This document shows positions 15,942-22,559 of a DNA stretch of 22,559 bases, piece after piece. Positions within the stretch are counted from its first letter, which is position 1, and the number at the start of each line of letters is the position of its first letter. The notes under the pieces were generated by a model. The model saw only the letters and a program-made list of their open reading frames with translations. It made no database searches and had not been told where the DNA came from. The translations under genes and the position numbers were made by a program. Source of the DNA: Cyanobacteria bacterium P01_A01_bin.123 (GTDB lineage Bacteria; Cyanobacteriota; Cyanobacteriia; Phormidesmidales; Phormidesmidaceae); the NCBI GenBank assembly GCA_039815185.1, contig JBCBZT010000085.1, positions 1 to 22,559 on the forward strand, given 5' to 3'.

Positions 15942-16698
15942 ATGTTTCAACCCAACATCACTCTGTTTACAAAGCCCGGTTGTCCCTACTGTGATCGCGC
16001 CAAAGCAGTGCTTAATCAACTAGGGCTCACCTACGAAGAGCGCAACGTGCAAGCTAGTGAGCGCAACGCAAAATGCCGAAGACTTGCTGCTGCGGGAGGT
16101 GATTCTGCCGCGCGATGAGCGCCGCAGCGACGACATTGAAACTTGGCCGATTCTACAGTTTTACAAGCGATTTTTTGGCTTCTGGCCCAATACGTTTGCC
16201 TATCTGAGTCACTGGCCGGAGGCATACAAGCTGTTTGTCTATTGCCACAACTTTTCGGCAGTGGGTTTAGCAAAACAGGCACTGGGCGACGCCAATATGT
16301 ATGCCGTGGGCTATGCTACTTCGCAAGCCCACGGCTGTTCCTACTGTCAGGTGCACAGTGCAGCGACTGGCAGCGAGGAGTCGCTGCGGGTGATTCATCA
16401 GCTTCAGCAGGCCAAGACCGGGCGCGCCGATGCGGACAATCCCTTTGGGCCGCTGGAAATTGCGATCGCTGATTTGGCTGCCGAAGCTGCTCGTAACCAG
16501 CCCGATCCGATTTTGGTGCCGACGCTGATCAAAAAGACTGAGGTGCTGGCGGGAACTTCGGAGAAAGCTCAGGGCTACCTAACCGGCGTGGAAGTGTTGG
16601 TGGCGGCCTTTGGCTTTTTGAATATCTTCGGGGTGGGGCGTAACGATATCACAGGACAGATCTCGTTTATCCATCACATTTTTGGGCTAACAGCATAA
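15942..16698 (+). pseudogene. Second Grx-AhpD fusion paralogue with a frameshifting internal deletion and 3' truncation
   Basis: ATG 15942 gives MFQPNITLFTKPGCPYCDRAKAVLNQLGLTYEERNVQASERNA (58-aa ORF to 16118, absent from ORF track). At about 16070 homology jumps to AEDLLL...FFGFWPN...HGCSYCQVH...FGFLNIF in another frame and ends by about 16656. Confidence 0.88.
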
Positions 16699-16728
16699 TA
16701 GGCAAAACATATTATGGCGTTGTTATGG
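16685..16728 (-). other. Imperfect hairpin with attC-like end boxes overlapping the peptidase stop
   Basis: Minus strand CCATAAC-AACGCCATAATA-TGTTTTGCC-TATTATGCT-GTTAGCC; only 44 bp, shorter than canonical attC. Confidence 0.4.
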
Positions 16729-19191
16729 CCTCGCTGCTTTTTGCGACAGAACCGCCTTCTTCACGTACTTGTCAAACCACTGAAACTGTTCCCACAGTAC
16801 ATGCTCAATACTCTCCCGAGCCCGATAGCTGTGGTCTTCAAAGGGCAGCAACACTAATCGGGCAGTGCCTCCCACACCGCGCACGGCTTCATAGAAAACT
16901 TCTGACTGCGGTGTAAGCGTCCCTGGATTGGAGTCGTCAGCACCATGAATGATCAACACGGGCTCATTGACCTGATCTGCGAAGAAAGTTGGTGACACCT
17001 GAATATAAACATCCCTAGCCTCAAACAGAGAGCGACGCTCAGACTGGAAACCGAAGGGCTGGTTCGTCTTGTTATAAGAGCCGCTACGGGCAATGCCTGC
17101 CTGAAACAAATCGGTATGGGCTAGCAGGTTCGCCACCATAAGTCCGCCATGGCTGTGCCCGATAATGCCGATGCGATCCGGGTCGGCCACACCCATCTCG
17201 ATAGCCTTGGCGACGGCAGCTTCCGCATCTTTAACCAACTGAGGGACAAAGGTGTCATAAGCAGTCTCCGGATCGCCGATGACCGGCATGGCAGTCTGAT
17301 CAAGGACAGCGTAGCCCTGCAGTAGGAAAAACAGGGGAGAGGGGCCATACAGACGCATGAAACGTTGGGCTGAGCCACTCACCTGCCCAGCTGTGGTCGC
17401 CCCTGAATATTCGAGAGGATAGGCATAAAGCACTGTCGGTAGGGACATGCCTTCTTCATAGCCGGGTGGCAGATACAGATGAAAACTTAAGGGAACGCCA
17501 TCTTCGCGCTCATAGCGCACAATGCGTTTTTTAATTTCCCGCAACTGGGGGGTCGGGTCTTCAAATCGGGTAATTGGCACGCGAGTTAAAGTGTGCGTCG
17601 CTTCCTCTTCAGCCGACTCCACCTCCTCATTGAAGGTTGCTAGGTAGTAGTTTGGGACATCGCTAGCGGACTCGGAACGCAATACGAAGCGATTCTCGTC
17701 ACCTGCAAAGGCGACAAAAGATTCGTAACGTTCTGGATCGCAACGAAACTGTCGCTCCGTCTCTCCAGTCTCAAGGTCACGTAAATCCAGAAATGGTCGA
17801 TCACCTTGATCAGTTGCGCCACTGCCACTGAAGTAAACGGCATTCTCCTGTTGATGCATTACCCGCCGACCATTAGGGAGTGTTCGCAAAATGGGAGAGC
17901 CAGGATTGCCGTAGCGGTCAGCCTCATCAAGGTCAAACCATAGGCGGGAAGTCCCTTTGTCCACATCCAATAGCCAGACGTAGCGCCAGCGGTGTAACCG
18001 ATCCCATTGAGTGAGCATCAAGCTGTCACCCTCAGCAGTCCAAGCATTGCGCCAGGGCTGAATTCGGTGCTCAGCTTGGAAAACCACTTGGGGTTCTGCT
18101 ACGAAGGGAGCCTTCAAACGCATGAGCTGATCACGGTGTGGGACTTTGGCTAAAGGGTCACCGCCATCTAAGGCTTCAACCCAATAAAGCGTATGGGGAG
18201 CAGTGGGACGCCAGGCAACCGCTCGCGGGCCAACTGGTACCCCCCTGACTGGAACCGAGTCAGCTACTGGCAGAGACGCAATCGTCGCGATTGATTGACC
18301 TTCGGCGTTCCACACTTCAGTTTCGCTAGCAAAGCGCTGCCAACCCACCTCATGAGACCAAGGGGCAACCAGGCGCTGGACGAGAAGATACTCACCAGAG
18401 GGTGAGAACTGAGCCATGCTGTAAGGGGCAGAGCTTCCGATGATTTTTATTTGGCCATCTTTGGGATCGACAACCACCAATTCAGAGGTGGTGTAGTACT
18501 CGAAGAGAGCATCATCATGCGTCGTTTCGAGCAAGTTACGGGCTTCATAAGTGGAGCGGGCTCCAGCTCCTATCCCCTCAAGGATGTCTGGCCCTGATGG
18601 TATGGCAGGCGGTTCAGGCACTAACCCGCGCTGTGGGACACGCCGAACGAGGAGTCGTTGCTGATCAGGGAGCCAACTAACGGCATTTCCGAGCAGTGGA
18701 TTGACTGCTTCATCTTCGACTTTCGCAATTTCGCCTACTACTGAGCCGACCCATAGACCAATGTGATCTTCATGTCTAACAGTGAGCGCAAAGCGCAGTC
18801 CATCGGCAGTCCAGCGAACGCTAAGAACCTTTGCCTCTTCAGGCAAAGAGAGCGCTGTCGTTGTCCCATCCTCGACTCGGACAAGGCGCGGCGATTTACT
18901 ACCCGGTTGAACATGATGACCATTAATAGCAGGGTTGACCCGAATTCCAGCCAATTTATGCATCGGTGCAGCTAGTTCAGCGAGTGGAGGATAGAGCACA
19001 TAATCGGCAACGAGCAAATACTCCCCGGTAGGAGCCGTCCAGACACGAGGGAACTGTTGAGCGTGAAGGACTTCCAGTATCTCCTCTGAGGGGGACTGCC
19101 ATTGCGACTGGTCGGTTACTGGCTTCAAGTTGTCTCCTGATAATGTCGCTACGCTAACTGTCACCATAAATGTTCCTACAACTAACGCCAA
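16723..19191 (-). CDS. S9-family serine peptidase (beta-propeller + alpha/beta hydrolase; glutamyl-peptidase-like)
   Basis: Nucleophile elbow GHSHGG, then AGIARSGSYNKTNQPFGFQSERR, IHGADDSNPG (Asp) and LPFEDHSY (His); 822 aa; start uncertain. Confidence 0.92.
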   Translation of the reverse strand: MALVVGTFMVTVSVATLSGDNLKPVTDQSQWQSPSEEILEVLHAQQFPRVWTAPTGEYLLVADYVLYPPLAELAAPMHKLAGIRVNPAINGHHVQPGSKSPRLVRVEDGTTTALSLPEEAKVLSVRWTADGLRFALTVRHEDHIGLWVGSVVGEIAKVEDEAVNPLLGNAVSWLPDQQRLLVRRVPQRGLVPEPPAIPSGPDILEGIGAGARSTYEARNLLETTHDDALFEYYTTSELVVVDPKDGQIKIIGSSAPYSMAQFSPSGEYLLVQRLVAPWSHEVGWQRFASETEVWNAEGQSIATIASLPVADSVPVRGVPVGPRAVAWRPTAPHTLYWVEALDGGDPLAKVPHRDQLMRLKAPFVAEPQVVFQAEHRIQPWRNAWTAEGDSLMLTQWDRLHRWRYVWLLDVDKGTSRLWFDLDEADRYGNPGSPILRTLPNGRRVMHQQENAVYFSGSGATDQGDRPFLDLRDLETGETERQFRCDPERYESFVAFAGDENRFVLRSESASDVPNYYLATFNEEVESAEEEATHTLTRVPITRFEDPTPQLREIKKRIVRYEREDGVPLSFHLYLPPGYEEGMSLPTVLYAYPLEYSGATTAGQVSGSAQRFMRLYGPSPLFFLLQGYAVLDQTAMPVIGDPETAYDTFVPQLVKDAEAAVAKAIEMGVADPDRIGIIGHSHGGLMVANLLAHTDLFQAGIARSGSYNKTNQPFGFQSERRSLFEARDVYIQVSPTFFADQVNEPVLIIHGADDSNPGTLTPQSEVFYEAVRGVGGTARLVLLPFEDHSYRARESIEHVLWEQFQWFDKYVKKAVLSQKAARP

Positions 19192-19324
19192 TAAAATGGC
19201 TGTTCTGACGACAATTCTCTTATTGAGACTATGGCTTCAGTGTATTTGGCTATGCCCTTTAACCGCATAATTCCTAAGTCTGATCTCGAACCGTTTCTGC
19301 CGCCCCTGGCTCAGCAGATTCAGG

Positions 19325-19510
19325 CTAAGTGTTAGAACTGATTATCCAAGCTTGAAAAGGACGCGATCGTTGACATGGCAATCCACTTCATTCTTGTTTT
19401 TATGCCGCCTTCATCAGGTCTCTGAGTTTGCGCATCCGAGCTTGGAGCTGACTCCTGTGTTCAGGTAAAGACACCACTTCTGCCATCTGCCGACGCACCC
19501 GCAAAACTGG
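19325..19510 (-). mobile_element. IS6-family remnant (last ~34 codons of transposase plus right IR)
   Basis: Minus-strand LRVRRQMAEVVSLPEHRSQLQARMRKLRDLMKAA* (TAA 19402-19400) aligns with LRPRTQMAEFVSVRDRRERFLKGVEELESLFHAA*; followed by TTGGATAATCAGTTCTAACAC resembling IRR TTGGCTACCCAGATCTGACAA. Confidence 0.75.
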
Positions 19511-19667
19511 CTCCTCTCCTACCCTGACCAGTGCATCCAACATCCTCATGATGCAAAGCCAAATCAAGACTCAGACGCGATCGCTCATGTAAAAGAAGAC
19601 CCAGAAGCGATCGCAACCTCAATCCCTCACAACATTCAATCCATCCTCAGCAGTCAAAGATCCTCTA

Positions 19668-20851
19668 CTCAGATCTTGCACCTTGGCCTGAAGGATGAGA
19701 GAAAAGGGCGTGAAACATATACATTGCAAGTCTCATGAAGATTCTTGCCCACGCCCAAGAGCTAATTTACCAACTGTTGGACGGGATGCCGAGTGCCGCT
19801 CAGCGCCAAAGTCTCAAAGCACTTCTAGAACTGTTTCTCAGAGCGCAAGGGACACCTCAACCGGAGCATAGTCAACTGAAGTCTGCCAGCGCCTTGAGTC
19901 GATTTCTCAGCGTGTATAGCTGGTCGGTGCGCCAAGTCATTCGTCAGGTGCGCCAGGCGATTTGCCAAGAACTCAAACGCTATCGACCTCGGGGACGTCA
20001 TCCTCACCTGCAAGTAATTCTGGATATGACCACGCTGGAGAAACGCGGCAAGTTCAAAGCCTTTTCGGATCTCATCACGGTGTTTCATGGTAGACGCGGG
20101 GTACATTTGGTGGTGCTCTATCTGGTTGTCGGATCTTGGCGGGTACCCTGGAGCTTGCGCGTCTATCGCGGCAAAGGACAACCGTCTGCCGCGCAACTGG
20201 GACTGACCTTGGTGCGGCAGTTGTCCAAATGGCTGAAACGAGCCTTCAAAGTGAGGGTTTTAGCCGATACCGCCTTCGGCAGTGTGGACTTCCTTGAGGG
20301 TATCCGGCAGCTCAAGTTGCACGCGATTACCGGGGTGCGCTACGACCGCAAACTCAGCGATGGACGGCAGCTTTTTTAGTTACACAAACCGGGGCAGCGC
20401 GTCCATTTACAAGGATTGTCCTCTCCCGTGACCATCGCCTGGTTCTACCTCAAACGAGACGGGGACAAGAAACGCTCAAAGCGCTATGTCCTCTCGACCG
20501 AAACGCTCAAAGTCAGCACAATCGTGTGGTGGGGCCGGCATCGGTGGCAAATTGAAGGGTTTTTCAAAACCGCCAAGCACCGTTTTGGACTGCATCGTTT
20601 CGCTCAGGAAACTTTGCTGGGGATGTACCGTTGGCTCATTCTATCCCTCGTTGCCTTTATCCTGGCCCACTGGGGCTACCTCTCGATGGACACTGAGACA
20701 TTGCCGGATTGGGCAGAAGCTGCTGCTGTTGTGATGGAATTCACCTTGGCAGATGTGTTGGTTGTCCTGTTGCTAGCTGACGTCGAGCGAAAACGCCTCC
20801 TCTTAAAGCGGCAGGGAATCGAGGTTCAAATTACCAGGTGCAAGATATGAG
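19668..20851 (+). mobile_element. IS701-like (IS4-superfamily DDE) insertion sequence, 1184 bp
   Basis: IRs CTCAGATCTTGCACCT / AGGTGCAAGATATGAG (15/16), flanked by TA on both sides (19666-67, 20852-53). Family assignment tentative. Confidence 0.85.
19735..20850 (+). pseudogene. DDE transposase interrupted by an in-frame TAG at 20377-20379
   Basis: ORFs 19735-20379 and 20416-20850 share one frame (QLF*LHKPGQRVHLQGLSSP); motifs ILDMTTLEK, VLADTAFG, RWQIEGFFKTAK; final stop lies in the IRR. Confidence 0.88.
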
Positions 20852-20917
20852 TATAGTGATGTGGCAAACCTGGCAGACTCTAAAATAGAAATGCGATGCC
20901 GCAACGTGAGGTGAATC

Positions 20918-21523
20918 ATGCCGATACAAGCTCAGCCTAAACCGAAACCGCTCTTACTTCAACTTCCCGGTGAACTTGCTCTACAGGTGACACCACAGCA
21001 GTTTGTGGCACTGGCTGCTGCCAATCGGGATCTCAGACTTGAACGTAGCGCAACGGGAGAACTTATTGTGAGCCCACCCACGGGGGGAACATCGGGTAAG
21101 CGAAATCTGAGCCTCACCACTCAACTTGGCATCTGGTTTGAAGCCAATGATTCGCTCGGTGAAGCCTTTGACTCTTCTACTGGGTTTGAGTTGCCTAATG
21201 GGGCTAACCGTTCCCCAGATGCAGCTTGGGTAAACAAGGCGCGTTGGGAGGCACTGACGCTAGACCAGCAGGAAGAGTTTATCCCCCTCTGTCCAGATTT
21301 TGTTGTGGAATTACGTTCTAAGACGGACTCCCTCACAGGACTCCGTACCAAGATGAAAAAATATATCGACAACGGCACACAATTGGGCTGGCTGATTGAC
21401 CCTAAAAACAAACGGGTCGAAATTTATCGTTCAGCTCAAGCCGTTGAAATTTTGGAAAATCCAAGCCTGTTGTCTGGCGAAGCTGTTTTACCAGGCTTTA
21501 CGCTTAACTTGAAGGCTCAATAG
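20918..21523 (+). CDS. Uma2/DUF820-family putative endonuclease, extreme C-terminus replaced by IS sequence
   Basis: LRLERSATGELIV, FDSSTGFELPNGANRSPDAAW, PLCPDFVVELRS, LGWLIDP, LPGFTLNL; GAGGTG RBS; last codons and TAG come from the IS left end. Confidence 0.93.
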   Translation: MPIQAQPKPKPLLLQLPGELALQVTPQQFVALAAANRDLRLERSATGELIVSPPTGGTSGKRNLSLTTQLGIWFEANDSLGEAFDSSTGFELPNGANRSPDAAWVNKARWEALTLDQQEEFIPLCPDFVVELRSKTDSLTGLRTKMKKYIDNGTQLGWLIDPKNKRVEIYRSAQAVEILENPSLLSGEAVLPGFTLNLKAQ

Positions 21524-22557
21524 CTGTTTTGAGGAGTTGGTGAGAGCGATGACATGAGGTGGACTTGCTACGATACCGCCTGAGACGAGTTGTCACTGCT
21601 GTATGTTAACCCTGACGCATCTTCTGGAAGAGGCCAAATGCTATGCAACTGTGCGCCGCTTGCGCTGGCCTGACGGGAACATTGAATGTCCCCATTGCCA
21701 AAGCCAAACGGTGATCAAACGTGGCAAAGATGATAAGCATCCCCATCGCCAACGGTATACCTGCAAAGCCTGTGAGCATCAGTTTGATGATTTGACCGGC
21801 ACCGTATTCATGGGCCGTCATCAACCGTTGCGAGTCTGGATTGGTTGTCTGTATCTGATGGGATTGAATCTTTCGAATCAACAGATTGCCCAAGAGCTTG
21901 ATTTGCATAAAGACGATGTCCACGCCATGACCATCCAACTGCGTCAAGCCATTGCCCTGAAGAAACCCGAGGTGCAACTTTCCGGCACGGTTGAGTGTGA
22001 CGAGGTGTACCTGACGGCGGGCCATAAAGGGCACCCCGAAGCGGTGCAAAAAAAGGGCGCAAAGGTCGACGGCGGAAACTCAAAGGGCTTCGGGGCCGGG
22101 GCACGCTTGCGACGGAAAAACCGCCGGTCTTTGGGATAATTCAGCGGGGCGGCGATGTGGTCATTCGACTGCTGGAGAATGTGCAACAGCAAACCATCGA
22201 ACCAATTATCAAAGCCATCATTGCACCCGGAACCCTGGTTAACACTGATGAGTACGTTATTTATGAACCACTAGAAGCTTGGGGCTATGAACACAAAACC
22301 GTTTGCCACAGTGCAGGTGAGTACGCCCGGGATGAAGATGGTGACGGTTTCTGCGAGGTGCATGTCAACACAATGGAAGGCTTTTGGTCACTGCTGCGCT
22401 CTTGGTTACGACCCCATCGAGGGATTTCCCAAGAGCATCTACCGCTTTATCTCGGCTTCTTTGAGTTTGTACATAATGTACGAAGCCGGGGCAAAGCCTT
22501 GCTTGGTAATCTGTTAGAAACCGTACTGGCTTAGCTCCTCAAAACCCAGATTGAGCC
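21514..22557 (+). mobile_element. IS1595-family insertion sequence, complete (1044 bp)
   Basis: 23-bp imperfect IRs GGCTCAATAGCTGTTTTGAGGAG / CTCCTCAAAACCCAGATTGAGCC; left flank AACTTGAA, right flank begins AA at the window end. Confidence 0.9.
21603..22534 (+). CDS. IS1595-family transposase expressed through a probable -1 frameshift
   Basis: Zn ribbon CPHC...CKAC, HTH and VECDE in ORF1; NTDEY and HVNTMEGFWS in the -1 frame; in-phase A_AAA_AAG at 22049-22055. Confidence 0.88.
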
Positions 22558-22559
22558 AA

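Larger units (their letters stand above)
498..19614. repeat. Dispersed HIP1 octamers (GCGATCGC), about 20 copies
   Basis: Examples at 498, 555, 634, 3693, 5271, 5920, 6122, 10055 (double), 11001, 12703, 13798, 16462; counted by eye. HIP1 is a cyanobacterial hallmark. Confidence 0.9.

Noticed and set aside
16630..16670. Tn3-family terminal IR starting GGGG
   Set aside because: No TAAG-type inner end at ~38 bp, no partner IR and no Tn3 genes.
16688..16722. dif/pdif XerCD site (CATAA...TTATG)
   Set aside because: The central spacer is 13 nt rather than 6 and the arms do not match TTATGTTAAAT.
19510..19667. Open plus-strand frame left of the IS701-like element
   Set aside because: No start or recognisable homology, and joining across the TA site gives no convincing gene.

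Overview
Cyanobacterial accessory region (about 20 HIP1 GCGATCGC octamers, STRR-like repeats, Uma2 and pentapeptide genes) with IS clusters at both edges. Left edge: 5' part of a membrane-anchored pentapeptide-repeat gene, then an intact IS6-family element fused to the 3' half of a diverged sibling IS6. Core (about 2.8-16.7 kb): a LysR regulator divergent from an apparent operon encoding a glutaredoxin + tandem AhpD/CMD-domain fusion protein, an RND adaptor and an AcrB-like RND permease (no TolC). Next come a P2-type cation ATPase with atypical ion-binding residues, a small FPLWQYLNQP protein, a NapA/NhaS3-like Na+/H+ antiporter, a hypothetical gene and a second, broken Grx-AhpD paralogue. Right edge: an S9 peptidase bracketed by a directly repeated TAAC(A/C)GCATAAT motif with an attC-like hairpin over its stop codon, an IS6 remnant, an IS701-like element with a nonsense mutation, a Uma2 gene clipped by an IS1595-family element, and that element's -1 frameshift transposase. 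The best candidates for something undescribed are the LysR/Grx-AhpD-AhpD/RND module and the cassette-like boundaries of the peptidase. All family calls come from motif recognition by eye; no searches were run.
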